64,000 bases of DNA from a virus (taxonomy: Duplodnaviria; Caudoviricetes): the IMG/VR virus record IMGVR_UViG_2558860226_000001, positions 36,780-100,779 of that record; one strand, given 5' to 3'. Under the pieces are notes generated by a model that saw nothing but the letters and a program-made list of their open reading frames with translations, was not told where the DNA came from and made no database searches. A program made the position numbers and the translations under genes. Positions within the stretch are counted from its first letter, which is position 1. Each line of letters opens with the position of its first letter. Of this stretch, positions 47,924 through 58,702 are shown piece by piece.

Positions 47924-48388
47924 ATGGATCTTTTAAAAGTAACTCCTGAAAAGATGACTTTTAACTCAACTGGATCGCCTGTTGAGCCGGAATTGCGCCC
48001 CATTTGGAGAATATCCTTACTCACTATTATTCTTAACAAACTATGTAGAGGTTCCTCTGCAAGTTTGAAAAAAATACAAGTCTTATATTCTTTAATCGCA
48101 TCTGCTGATAAAAGATCGCGATATCTCTCTGAGGGAGCTTTCTCAGATATTAGCATTCGTTTTGATCCGCTATTGGATAAAGCGATTTCGTTGGGATTGG
48201 CGGAAGGGGTGTTCTCGCTAGACACAGCAAAAAGTGTTGTTTTGACTAATAAAGGAACTCTTTTGTCTAAAAAAATTTATAAAGATTCAACATTATTTGT
48301 TTTTGAGAAAGAGTTCATTGAAAACTATAGTAAATCTGAATTTTCAGACAAAAAAATTGATCAGATATTATATAATGGAATTATATGA
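47924..48388 (+). CDS. ABC-3C middle component (LmuC-like)
   Basis: 154 aa between effector and ATPase; RFDP.L..A, LTNKG wHTH-like end. Confidence 0.7.
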   Translation: MDLLKVTPEKMTFNSTGSPVEPELRPIWRISLLTIILNKLCRGSSASLKKIQVLYSLIASADKRSRYLSEGAFSDISIRFDPLLDKAISLGLAEGVFSLDTAKSVVLTNKGTLLSKKIYKDSTLFVFEKEFIENYSKSEFSDKKIDQILYNGII

Positions 48389-50412
48389 GCAGGCTTAAAA
48401 TCGAACGGTTGATAATTAGAACAAGTACAAGTGATGGGATTTATGGAACAGATCTCAAATTTGACTATGGCTTAAATATAATAAGTGCAGAGAATTCTTC
48501 TGGTAAATCTACCTGTATACAATCAATAATATATGCATTAGGATTGGAAGGTATTTTGGGGCCATCGAGAAACAATCCTTTAAAATCTGCGCTAACAACT
48601 AAATTAAGGGATTATAATGATAATGAAATTCCAGTTAATGAATCAAAAATATACCTCCAAATTGCTAATAAAAATTCAAAGACAATTACCATTTTAAGAA
48701 AAAGTGATAGTGATGCTTCAAAAATAGTTACCGTTTTTGATTGCGAGTTTGACAGAATAAATCCACAGAAATTCACTGATTATTTTCTAAAAGATCCCGG
48801 CTCTGCACAGCGAGAAAAAGGCTTTCATTACTTCCTATCAAATTATTTAGGGATTAAGCAACCTCAAGTCCTAAAATATGATGGAACCAAATGTCCATTA
48901 TATATTGAGTCAATATTTACTGTTAATTACGTAGAGCAGACAAGAGGTTGGGGAGGTATATTAAACATTACCCCTACTTATCTTGGCATAAAGGATTTGT
49001 CACAGAATATTCTTGAATATACTCTTGATCTGGATATTCGCGAGATTAGAAGAAAGCGAGAGATATATTTGGATGAAAAGAAAAATCAAGAGACTAAATG
49101 GCTGAATACACTTTCAGATTTAGAGTCTAATGCAAAAGCGTATGGTTTTTTTGTATCAAGAAGAATACCAGAGAAAATCACAGCGAGATCTGAGATCTAT
49201 CAGGATAGTGATTTATATACATTGGATGAAAATAATCGTGAAATTTCATTGTCACAAGAAAAATCTAACCATGAAAAGGAATTGGAAATAGTTAAAAGAA
49301 AATTAAATAATGATGATATATCAAATAATGGGTCGCTAGATTTAGTGCTTGATAATCTTAGAGCAAGTTTAGAAAATCATGAAAATGCGCTCTCATTATT
49401 AATATCAGATATAGAGTCTAATAGACAGTATATTATCTCAATAAATAGAAGTCTGAATGATACAAAGGAAAGCTTGAGGAAATATAGAGATATTGAGAAA
49501 CTTCAGCTATTAGGTTCACAAGAGGAATTTTCTTTTGTTGAGGGGAGTTGTCCAACCTGTGGGCAAACTATAGAAAATACGCTTTTGCCAGCAACCTTAG
49601 ATGGTAAAATATTAACTATTGAAGATAACATCAAATATCTTGAAAAGACTTTGGCTGTTTTCAATAGTTTAGCAAGAAGTGAAAAATCAAAATTTGAAAA
49701 GAAAGAAGCAACATTAAAAGTTGCTAATGCTAGAGTTCGAGATTTACGTTACCAAGTCAAGGAGACTCAACGTAGTATTTCCTCTCCGATAAATTCAGAA
49801 ATTAGAGAGCTGATAAGAAAAGAAGTAAAATTAGAAAAAGATATTGAAAATTTAAATTCACTTTTAAATTATGAGTTAAGTAAAAAAGATACTCTTCTCG
49901 CGGTTATTTCCGACTGGAGCGAGTGTAATAATAAATTGACAACGCTTCCGTATGATGGTTTTACCCATAGAGATAATTTAAAGTTAAAGTTATTAAGGGA
50001 TTCATTTAAGTCTAATTTACAAGATTTTGGGTACAAAAGCACTCCAATAGAAAATTTTAGCTTATCGAGTAATACCTATAAACCTACTATTGACGGCATA
50101 GATATTGGCTCTGAAGCATCTGCCAGTGATAATATTAGGGTTATTTGGTCATATTTATATTCATTATTAATGTTAGACTCAAATGAAATATCTACTAATC
50201 ATTTGGGATTGCTTATTATGGATGAACCTAGGCAGCAGGAAACAAAAGATGTTAGTTTCAAGACGTTTATTAAAAAAGCGTCAGAATCATATCTAGAGGA
50301 AAAACAGATTATAATGGGGACTAGTGAAAAGTATAACGATTTAATCTCGATGTTAGAAGGTTTACATGTAAATCTTTTACATTTTAATAGTAATATCATA
50401 CGTAAGCAGTAA
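48385..50412 (+). CDS. SMC/Rad50-like ABC ATPase (LmuB-like)
   Basis: AENSSGKST Walker A, YVEQ Q-loop, coiled coils with CPTC hook, SASD, LIMDEP. Confidence 0.85.
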   Translation: MSRLKIERLIIRTSTSDGIYGTDLKFDYGLNIISAENSSGKSTCIQSIIYALGLEGILGPSRNNPLKSALTTKLRDYNDNEIPVNESKIYLQIANKNSKTITILRKSDSDASKIVTVFDCEFDRINPQKFTDYFLKDPGSAQREKGFHYFLSNYLGIKQPQVLKYDGTKCPLYIESIFTVNYVEQTRGWGGILNITPTYLGIKDLSQNILEYTLDLDIREIRRKREIYLDEKKNQETKWLNTLSDLESNAKAYGFFVSRRIPEKITARSEIYQDSDLYTLDENNREISLSQEKSNHEKELEIVKRKLNNDDISNNGSLDLVLDNLRASLENHENALSLLISDIESNRQYIISINRSLNDTKESLRKYRDIEKLQLLGSQEEFSFVEGSCPTCGQTIENTLLPATLDGKILTIEDNIKYLEKTLAVFNSLARSEKSKFEKKEATLKVANARVRDLRYQVKETQRSISSPINSEIRELIRKEVKLEKDIENLNSLLNYELSKKDTLLAVISDWSECNNKLTTLPYDGFTHRDNLKLKLLRDSFKSNLQDFGYKSTPIENFSLSSNTYKPTIDGIDIGSEASASDNIRVIWSYLYSLLMLDSNEISTNHLGLLIMDEPRQQETKDVSFKTFIKKASESYLEEKQIIMGTSEKYNDLISMLEGLHVNLLHFNSNIIRKQ

Positions 50413-51004
50413 ATTGCTCCAAATATCCCTTGTAAATCAAAAAAATAAAAATCCTCTATTTCAATAAGTAAAAAGGGATCCCGCCCTGCTTGCTATGAGG
50501 GCTGGCCCCAATGATGAGAGTTCAATCTCAATACAAGTTTTTATTGTCTTTCACCACACACAGATATGACCAGTTTAAAAAAACGCATAAAAAAGGATGG
50601 CGAAACAAAATTTAAAAACACAATACGATAGTAATCACTAACTATTTTGTCCAATACTCTCCGCGTTACTTATTTTTATTTATTAGTGCTTTTCATTTTA
50701 CTTGTTAAAATTTAATCCTGATTTCCATAGTTGACCTGTGAATTGTGCAACAGGGAAAACTACCGATAAACTTACCTGTTTTTTTGTTTTAGAGTTTTCC
50801 CGCCTTACGGCGGGATAAATTAACACTCTTTTTGTCCTTCGGACGCTATCTAAAACCCATCGCTATAATATCGAGGGAATACTTCGCCCGTTTATCCAGA
50901 TTGCGCCGCTTAATTCGGCGTTTTGTTTTACAGGCATTCATATATTTCGTATTAATTAAGTAGGGAGGCTTTTACATTGTCTCTATTTTTAATAAGACAA
51001 TGCC

Positions 51005-51040
51005 CACTTATACACTGCGTAGCAGTGTGTGGGCCCTACC
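51005..51040 (+). promoter_or_regulatory. Putative MOBQ oriT
   Basis: ACACTGC-GTA-GCAGTGT hairpin followed by GTGGGCCCT (cf. RSF1010-type GTGCGCCCT). Confidence 0.7.
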
Positions 51041-51188
51041 GGGGGTTGCCTGCCGCAGGCTAACACCGTTTCCTTCGGAAACAACGTCAACGTCAACCCC
51101 GAAGTTTTTCTTGCGAAAAACTAACGGCAGCATAGTTATCGTTGCGTTTTATATTTTGGTTTTATTTTATGTTGAGGTCTTTTATTAT

Positions 51189-52610
51189 ATGGCGATATTT
51201 CATCTGGAGTTTAAAATTGTGAAACGTTCTGAGGGTATGTCTTCCTGCAGGAAGGCAGCCTATCATGCACGTTGCAGAATAACAGATGATCGCACTGGCA
51301 ATACCTACGATTTCAGCCACCGAACAGATTTATTCCATCATCTGATATTAGCGCCTGTTTCCGCACCTGCTGATATTGTCGAAAACTCAAGCTCCTTGTG
51401 GAACGAAGTTGAAAGGGTTGAGCGTCAGAAAGACGGTCAAACAGCCCGTTATTTTGATGTGGCTATTCCCTGTGAATTGGACAATGAAGACAAGATAAAA
51501 CTGGTTGTTGAATACTGTCAGGAAAATTTCGTCGATAAAGGAATGATTGCCGATATAGCCTTCCACGATTTGGGTGGCAATAATCCCCACGCACATGTAA
51601 TGTTGACATTAAAACCAATCACCGCTGATGGCTTTGGTAAAAAAGAAAGGAGCTGGAACGACAAGAAAAACGTAATACTGTGGCGTGAAGCGTGGTCTGC
51701 TCTTGCCAATCGCTATCTTGAAGCATCAGGCGTGTCAGAACGTATTGATCATCGTTCTATTGAGGCTCAACATAATGAAGCACTCGAACATGCTGCTATC
51801 ACCTTGGATGCAGAAGAAAAAGCACTATGGCTTGCCAAAGCAACAGCAACCAGCCGCCCGGCAATGCAACGTATTCATCGTGCCAAATGGAACAGTCGAA
51901 GCGTTCAGGAAAAACGTGCTGCTGAACAGGCTGTTCGTGATGAGATGATAAAGGAAGCACAGGCCACATATAGTGTCTTCAAAGATTTGGATCTTCAGAT
52001 CGTTGTTGACCTCAGAAGCTTTACCGTGTCGCAGCTTCCTGAACCTCTTGAAATCGTCTTACCTGAAATACAACCTCGAACAGAGTTCTCTGAGACAGGT
52101 TCACAGTCAGCATCATCAGAAGACCAAAAGCCTGTTCTGGTTGCCCCTGCGCCTCATACACGCACCAAATTGAAAACCCCATCCTCTTCAACGGCCAGAG
52201 CGGTTAAACGCGCTCCTGTTAAAAGTAAGAGAAAGCAGGTTAAACCCCGTCAGGACGGTATTTTTAAACGTTTCACTTTGCTGGTAGTGGAATATATAAG
52301 AGAAAAATTTGTCTGGGCCAGAAAGAAACCAGCTCCTGTTTCCGTTGAAGCTGATCACGATAAGCGTATTGCTGAAAACTATGTGTTTGATGAGGTGCAG
52401 GGGATCTATATTCCACGTGCTGAGTATGAAAGACGCGCAAGGTTTAACAGTGACACTTATAGTCCAACACCTGATGAAATAAGACGTTTTCCAAGTCGTC
52501 CGGTTAAGTCAGTACAGCCTGATGATGATCTTGACTACATACCTACGCTTTCTAGTGGCAAAAAACCGCTATTGCCTAAACTTAGACCGCATAATTATCA
52601 TAATGAGTAA
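51189..52610 (+). CDS. mobA: MobA/MobL (MOBQ) relaxase
   Basis: MAIFHL..KAAY, LWNEVE..E, FHD...NPHAHVM, RIDHRS. Confidence 0.92.
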   Translation: MAIFHLEFKIVKRSEGMSSCRKAAYHARCRITDDRTGNTYDFSHRTDLFHHLILAPVSAPADIVENSSSLWNEVERVERQKDGQTARYFDVAIPCELDNEDKIKLVVEYCQENFVDKGMIADIAFHDLGGNNPHAHVMLTLKPITADGFGKKERSWNDKKNVILWREAWSALANRYLEASGVSERIDHRSIEAQHNEALEHAAITLDAEEKALWLAKATATSRPAMQRIHRAKWNSRSVQEKRAAEQAVRDEMIKEAQATYSVFKDLDLQIVVDLRSFTVSQLPEPLEIVLPEIQPRTEFSETGSQSASSEDQKPVLVAPAPHTRTKLKTPSSSTARAVKRAPVKSKRKQVKPRQDGIFKRFTLLVVEYIREKFVWARKKPAPVSVEADHDKRIAENYVFDEVQGIYIPRAEYERRARFNSDTYSPTPDEIRRFPSRPVKSVQPDDDLDYIPTLSSGKKPLLPKLRPHNYHNE

Positions 52611-52700
52611 TAATAACAGTTGGCATATGTATAATTGATTGTGATAATCATATTGAACGTTATAAAATATCATGAGAAAATCTAATTTAATTTTTTCATT

Positions 52701-53192
52701 ATGGAACAGTACATCAGAATGTGTGCGCACGAAATATACTCAAGCCCAGCCGAACTATACTGGCATAAGCCAATAAATCTTGTCGAAATCAACTACAACC
52801 GAAAACACGAACTGATATATCAAATACCGGAAAGTTATGGTATTTATATTTTCCATCGGCGTTATGCTGAATTCGGCGAGGCATTATACATTGGCAAGGC
52901 TTCTAATTTAAGGAGAAGGATATCTCAAGAGTTAAATGCCAAAGAGCTGATTGAGCATGTGAGAGATGCGAAAAGAGGAGCTAAGCTATTATCTTTTGCA
53001 GAAATAAAAATGCATGGTAATTGCAATAAAGATAAGTGTATCGATGATATAGAAAGTGCTCTGATAGAATTATCTATGAACAGAGGTGACCATCTATTTA
53101 ATACTAAAAAAACAAAAGTACACATTCAAGAGGTAACGTCACTAGGAGAGAAACCATCATTTTTAGAAAAAAAATTATATATGTATCAATAA
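52701..53192 (+). CDS. Stand-alone GIY-YIG nuclease
   Basis: GIYIF...LYIGKASNLRRRI, E..LI, FN. Confidence 0.8.
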   Translation: MEQYIRMCAHEIYSSPAELYWHKPINLVEINYNRKHELIYQIPESYGIYIFHRRYAEFGEALYIGKASNLRRRISQELNAKELIEHVRDAKRGAKLLSFAEIKMHGNCNKDKCIDDIESALIELSMNRGDHLFNTKKTKVHIQEVTSLGEKPSFLEKKLYMYQ

Positions 53193-53199
53193 TAAGCAG

Positions 53200-53235
53200 A
53201 AAAAATGGAAGGCAAAAAGCTGCCTTCCATTTTTT
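53200..53235. terminator. Bidirectional terminator
   Basis: AAAAAATGGAAGGCA-AAAAGC-TGCCTTCCATTTTTT. Confidence 0.75.
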
Positions 53236-53238
53236 AAT

Positions 53239-53895
53239 TTATTCGTTAGTGGGGTTTCTCTGATCTAAAGCATCCTGATATCGCTGCCGTTCAACAATAT
53301 TCAGATTTGCATCAAGCAAAATACTCCGCCCCTTCACAGCAATATCGTAGTCAATTTGTGATTGCATCTCATATTCTTTGGTCGGTTTAAAATGATCTGA
53401 TTGCGGTGCATATGACGATGCAGAATAACCAGAATATGTTTTACTCCCACCACAACCGAGATAAGCCAGCAGACAGGCAAACAGGAAGCACAACGTCCAT
53501 ACCATATTGAATCCATTAAGCGTGTATCCGCTGCCATTCACATTTGAAAATACGCTATGAAATCTGACGGCATAGACAATCAGGAATGATGAGAGGATAA
53601 CAACCCTACTTTTACCTACGGTCAAATGCTTACGTATAAATTTTATCGTTGGCACCAGTGTGACCATAAACAGCCCGATAGCAGCTAACATCAGCCATAA
53701 CGGGAACAGTCCGTATTTTTGCGTGGTGTTCTGCGATAGCGTCACAATAGAAAGTACCAAGAAGGCGTTCAGCAGAAAAAGCCTCAGGGCCAATGATACC
53801 TTAACCTTCTTTGATATCTTATGTAGAAATAGTACCGGAGCCAGTGATGGTATGTTCACCAGCAGAGCAATCAAAAACATCCAGATAGTGTTCAT
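53239..53895 (-). CDS. Multi-TM inner-membrane protein
   Basis: About five hydrophobic segments. Confidence 0.7.
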   Translation of the reverse strand: MNTIWMFLIALLVNIPSLAPVLFLHKISKKVKVSLALRLFLLNAFLVLSIVTLSQNTTQKYGLFPLWLMLAAIGLFMVTLVPTIKFIRKHLTVGKSRVVILSSFLIVYAVRFHSVFSNVNGSGYTLNGFNMVWTLCFLFACLLAYLGCGGSKTYSGYSASSYAPQSDHFKPTKEYEMQSQIDYDIAVKGRSILLDANLNIVERQRYQDALDQRNPTNE

Positions 53896-53912
53896 AGCGT
53901 CTTTTCCTGAAA

Positions 53913-54467
53913 TTACTGTGCTGACCAGCCGTTATTGGTTTTCACCAGAACAGTTTTGGTTTCTTCAGGTGTAGCCATCCCCTTGACGCCAGAAAAGGTT
54001 TTCTTATCCACCCAGCCCGGTACACCATCCAGTTTCCACGTATAGGTCACTTGCGTCATTTTAACGCCATTACCCTCGCTGGGTTCGGTCCAGCTTTTCA
54101 CCTCAGCGACAACACGATGACCCACACAGGCACCGTCTTTGCGATCCCAAAACTCAACTTCCTGACCTTTATCGGTAACTTCCAGAACATCAACACTGTT
54201 AAACCCGTCAGATTCTTGCGAAACCTTTAACAGCCCCTGTCCAACAAGTCCTTTAAGGATTTCATCACTGGCACTGTATCCGGCAGAGCGGAAACCACGG
54301 TTCACCCGTCTGGGGAAGCCTTTATTGAATACAACATCATTGTCCTTGAGTGAGTAGCACACTTTGGACGATGATATTTTTGCGTTGATAGCCTTCTCAA
54401 AGTCGCCTTTCTCACCACATCCCGCCAGAACCAGTGCCGTGCCAGCAACGAGCAAAATCTTCTTCAT
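53913..54467 (-). CDS. Lipoprotein
   Basis: Lipobox LAGC. Confidence 0.8.
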   Translation of the reverse strand: MKKILLVAGTALVLAGCGEKGDFEKAINAKISSSKVCYSLKDNDVVFNKGFPRRVNRGFRSAGYSASDEILKGLVGQGLLKVSQESDGFNSVDVLEVTDKGQEVEFWDRKDGACVGHRVVAEVKSWTEPSEGNGVKMTQVTYTWKLDGVPGWVDKKTFSGVKGMATPEETKTVLVKTNNGWSAQ

Positions 54468-55137
54468 CTGCTTATCCATCCTGATAATCAAAAACGCTGT
54501 CATTTAAGGGAGGCGACTGTTTACCGGTATCCGTTACAGCTTGTTCTGACAGACACATAAGAGCACAGCCACCTCATTAACCAATTGATAGCTTTCAATT
54601 ATTTCTGCTGGCCGTCATATCGTTTGTAACGATCAAAACTGAATTAATGATAGATATTAGCTATCATTAATTTTTTATCGATCGATTTAAACAATTAAAA
54701 TACCGATCGATAAACCTATTTTAATCGCTATTATCTATCAATATTCAATTATCGATCTGATATACCGATCATTTTGCTTGCCATACCTGACGCTGATAGA
54801 TAGAGTTAACCAGAGGCTCATAAAGCGATTTGCCACGTACTTCTGGCTCAGTAAAAACAAAGCCTTTCAGATGGTAAGAAACGCGCTATAGGCTGTTTTA
54901 TGAGGCAGGAATGGCTGTTATGCACATCAGGGAAACTACGCAGACAAGATTTCATATGGAATAACGTGATAATCACTTAATTTACCCGATTACTCGTTCA
55001 CCTAATGCTTTTCCATTTTCTGTGGAGGCATATGTTCGCCAGTAATCAATGAAACAGGCTTGTGGCGGTTTATGACCAACACGATTTTTAATCTCCCTCA
55101 TACCACTTTTTTATTGTTATGTTTTATCGGAGCTAAT

Positions 55138-55515
55138 ATGAAAAAACAGCTTATTGCGGCACTGGTTATCCTGCCTCTTTCCGCCTGCACGACTTATGGT
55201 AATAAATCTCTGAAAAACGAAACCCAACAGACCGTTAAAACCAAAATCGTTAAAGGGAAAACTACGCAGCAGGAAATCTTAGCTGCATTCGGTGAGCCTC
55301 AAACACGCGCCAGCAATGATGGTCAGGAGATGTGGTCTTACTCCAGTATGTCAGGCGAGAGCCAGATATCGAACTACGTTCCCGGTCTGGCCCTGCTGAA
55401 GAACAGCAACACCGCTCATATGAACTCCCTTGAAATCTGGTTTAAAGGGAATGTTGTTGACCGATATAATTTCAGTCAGACAGCAACTAAGGTTTCGCGT
55501 GGGTTGTTGGATTAA
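55138..55515 (+). CDS. SmpA/BamE-like lipoprotein
   Basis: Lipobox LSAC; GKTTQQEI..FGEP...WSY. Confidence 0.75.
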   Translation: MKKQLIAALVILPLSACTTYGNKSLKNETQQTVKTKIVKGKTTQQEILAAFGEPQTRASNDGQEMWSYSSMSGESQISNYVPGLALLKNSNTAHMNSLEIWFKGNVVDRYNFSQTATKVSRGLLD

Positions 55516-55522
55516 AACCTAT

Positions 55523-55551
55523 AAAAAAAGCCACTTTCTATAGTGGCTTTT
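55523..55551 (+). terminator. Intrinsic terminator
   Basis: AAAAGCCACT-TTCTAT-AGTGGCTTTT. Confidence 0.65.
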
Positions 55552-56748
55552 AAAAACAGAGACTATTTTTACTTAAAAAGATTCTTTCTCTAAAACTTCG
55601 GGTAGAATGCTCTATAAGTTTAATGGCATTCGTTATATTTTTCTCCTTTATTATTTATAGTAATGTATCTTATAGGAGACATTAAGTTAAATATCACCAA
55701 ACTTTTTAGACACTTATTTTCAGATTATTATCCGAATTTACAAAAATTCTACTATCAATTTATAACGCCAATTTTCTTTGATTACTCTCTTCAGAGTAAA
55801 GTAATTACCACAGAGATCATCGGATTCTTTTTTATTTTTTCAATATCTGAATTTTTCTAGCGTTAGTAATTTAGCATGCTGTCGTTTTTACGCTTGAAAA
55901 TGACATAGAAACTGACTACAGAGTCAGGAACACTGACTGTACGGTCAGTCGCATACTTTCGTCCTAAGTCTTATACTGCAAGGGCTACAGGCCGACTTTT
56001 CCTTAATTTAATTTTTCAATAAGTAAGATGTAATACTTAAGAGGATTAAAAGAAACCGGGCGATTTTTATGATCGCCATGAAGGGTTTGGACATTAAAAA
56101 TCATTAGATTTTTCTGAGTGCAATCTTCATTTTTATTGTGAAGCTTTCCTTATTATTTTATTAAAACCTTTTTTTTGAAAATCACCATCCTCTATGAGCT
56201 GATGCTCATGTGCTGACGCACGGCTACGCCCTAACGCTGTAAAATATATTTAATGTTTTAAAAATGGTATTTGCTATGTTTGCGGAGAAAGTCAAAAGGA
56301 TCAATCTCTGTTCTTTTAATTATAATAAGATATATATGATCCTATATGTCATAACAGTATTAGCACTAAAACATATAGCATTTGCTCTTAAACGTATAGG
56401 AAAACTATATTCAAAGAAGCAGCACTTCGTGATTGTCCGAAACAATCACATTGCTGGAACAGGGCTTGCCCCTGTTAGTGATGGATTTATCCATAAAGAA
56501 TTGCGGCGACAGCCGCCAATAAAATAAAGGTAAAACAATTGCAGTATTCCTAAGATGCCAGCAGCGCTTCGTGATTGTATTAAACAATCACTTCGCTGAA
56601 AATAACTCTCAAGAAAACCACATATTCCCACGTAAAACACTCCGCACATAAGAAAAAAGGAAAACTGGACTCTCTTAACTTCTTACTAATTATTTAATTA
56701 TAAGCACTGTCTCAACCCAATAAAATCAAGGCTTCACAACTTTTTTTG

Positions 56749-56832
56749 CTATGTTCGAACATAGCGGAATCCTATGTGCGCACATAGATCTGTCCTATGT
56801 TCGAACATAGCGAGATCTATGTTTGAACATAG
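56749..56832. repeat. Four palindromic 16-bp iteron-like repeats
   Basis: CTATGT-N4-ACATAG at 56749, 56772, 56795, 56817. Confidence 0.9.
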
Positions 56833-56956
56833 TTTTTTTAACATATAACAATAGCATAATAATAAAAGTCCTATTTTATTTATAGTTTAACTATTGACTT
56901 TTATTTTTCTGCATAGTATTAAAAATAACATAATAAAAACTATAAGAGAGAATAAT

Positions 56957-57691
56957 ATGAATACTAATGACACTGAACTACTTCACCTATTTGAAACATT
57001 AACCACAGAACAAAAGATTGATATCGCAAGACACTTACTGCAAAACAAGGATATAAAATCGACCACTGTTATTTCAACAGAAGAAGATAAAGCAATCTCA
57101 TTTGCACAGCCTTATGTTTTTGCTTTCACGTCCAACTTTCGTGTTTTTTCTGATTTAGACATATCTAAGAATGAATTCCGTGTATTAACTTATATTTTAG
57201 AATATATGGAGTTCGGAAATCTTATCAATCTGTCTCAATCATCACTCTGCAAAGCATTGAATATCGCATCCGGTAATATGTCAAACATATTCAAAAAACT
57301 AAAACAGAAAGGAATACTCGTTGAGCATCATGGTCATCTATATATTAACTCGAACATTTTCGCCAAAGGTCTAAGTCATCAACTTGATGAGAAGCGTAAA
57401 GAGCATTTAAGTAATGCCAGAAGTCTTCATGCGGAGCTTGAACAATACCCAGAAAACTATACTGATTACTCAAAGCAAGAAAGACGAAACTTAGCGTTAG
57501 AAACAGAAACGAAAGAGATCTACACGGACGCATTTATTTTTAGTAAGAAGAAAAAGAATAATGCAGTTCCTAATGCTAAAAACAGTATCAAGATCGATAA
57601 ACCACGAAAGGTATACAAACGAACGAAAGAAAATGAAGCGGCAAGAAAAGAATTAGCTGATGGCACAAATCTTTTGAAAGCAGTATCCTGA
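56957..57691 (+). CDS. RepL-like winged-HTH protein
   Basis: RVLTYILEYMEFGN.I.LSQ..L..AL....N.S..FKKL..KGIL...YINSNIF.KG. Confidence 0.65.
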   Translation: MNTNDTELLHLFETLTTEQKIDIARHLLQNKDIKSTTVISTEEDKAISFAQPYVFAFTSNFRVFSDLDISKNEFRVLTYILEYMEFGNLINLSQSSLCKALNIASGNMSNIFKKLKQKGILVEHHGHLYINSNIFAKGLSHQLDEKRKEHLSNARSLHAELEQYPENYTDYSKQERRNLALETETKEIYTDAFIFSKKKKNNAVPNAKNSIKIDKPRKVYKRTKENEAARKELADGTNLLKAVS

Positions 57692-57718
57692 TAAAAACAA
57701 TAATAACAAGGAGAAAAA

Positions 57719-58519
57719 ATGAAAAAACTACCCGGTTCACTTGAAATAAAACTTCATGAAAAGCTATCTAAAAACGACATTCTGAACGTCTTAGCAGAAC
57801 ACATGACTATGCTTGAGGAAACATTTGGCATTGAAGAGTTCAAACTCTATTCTTATCTTGAATGTTATCGTGACAATAAAAAACAAGCTTTATATCACGA
57901 TGGCCAAACCACCATTGTAGGTTCATTTAATTTAAGAAGTCAGGAAAACTTAGAGAATACAGCAAAACTAATCTCAAAAGAGGGTAATACCCGTATCATT
58001 TCTTTTGATAAAAAACTTGATACAGATAAAATAATCACTACAGTTGAAAACATTCAGTCGAGTAATCCTTACCGATATTGGTCAAACAACATTCAGGTTA
58101 TTCCAGCTTCGCAGGTAAGTAGCATCATTCAAGATGAACAAAATCGCCAACAGGCAGAGAAAGATAGGCTCTATCTCATCGAACAGCAACGTAAGAAGGA
58201 AGAACAAGCCCGTAAAGCCAGAGAGAAAGAAGAATATGAACGTCCACTAAAAGATTTTATTGCCACAAAAATTAAAGAAAGTGGTTTATCTGAAAAGGAC
58301 TTCAAAAAGCAAATTTGCTCAAGCTATAACTATCTAATAAATCATACTATAAAATCAAAATATTTTAATGAGCGCCAAGACCTATTAAAAGAATATTACG
58401 ATGTTAGATTAATTCGCTACTCAATCAAGAGACCTGATGGAAAAATCGGCAAAGTTGAGATTTATACTGACGATGGTGCGTTGATTTTCGAGCAGTATAA
58501 AACTCTTCAGCTTGTTTAA
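57719..58519 (+). CDS. Hypothetical protein with coiled-coil linker
   Basis: AAGGAG SD; 266-aa ORF. Confidence 0.7.
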   Translation: MKKLPGSLEIKLHEKLSKNDILNVLAEHMTMLEETFGIEEFKLYSYLECYRDNKKQALYHDGQTTIVGSFNLRSQENLENTAKLISKEGNTRIISFDKKLDTDKIITTVENIQSSNPYRYWSNNIQVIPASQVSSIIQDEQNRQQAEKDRLYLIEQQRKKEEQARKAREKEEYERPLKDFIATKIKESGLSEKDFKKQICSSYNYLINHTIKSKYFNERQDLLKEYYDVRLIRYSIKRPDGKIGKVEIYTDDGALIFEQYKTLQLV

Positions 58520-58702
58520 AATAACAATCTCATCCTAGTATTAGGATAGATTGAAGCAAGGCTAACACTATCACAGACGGTTTTTATGCCAAATAAAGTA
58601 AGAGATGAAAATAAATTTCCTTATTTAATTCCCTACTGAATTTGACACTTTCTCTATATACCTTAACATATAAATATAACACATATTAATAGCGAGGTAT
58701 TT

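Noticed and set aside
51000-51188. 63-aa N-terminal extension of the relaxase
   Set aside because: It spans oriT; MOBQ relaxases start at MAIFHL (51189), which has an SD.
55560-56650. Short ORFs 55663-55860, 56264-56527 and 56446-56649
   Set aside because: AT-rich, no convincing SD or motifs; probably non-coding or decayed sequence.
56749-56832. CRISPR mini-array
   Set aside because: Repeats are 16 bp with 6-7 bp gaps and there are no cas genes; the geometry fits protein-binding iterons.
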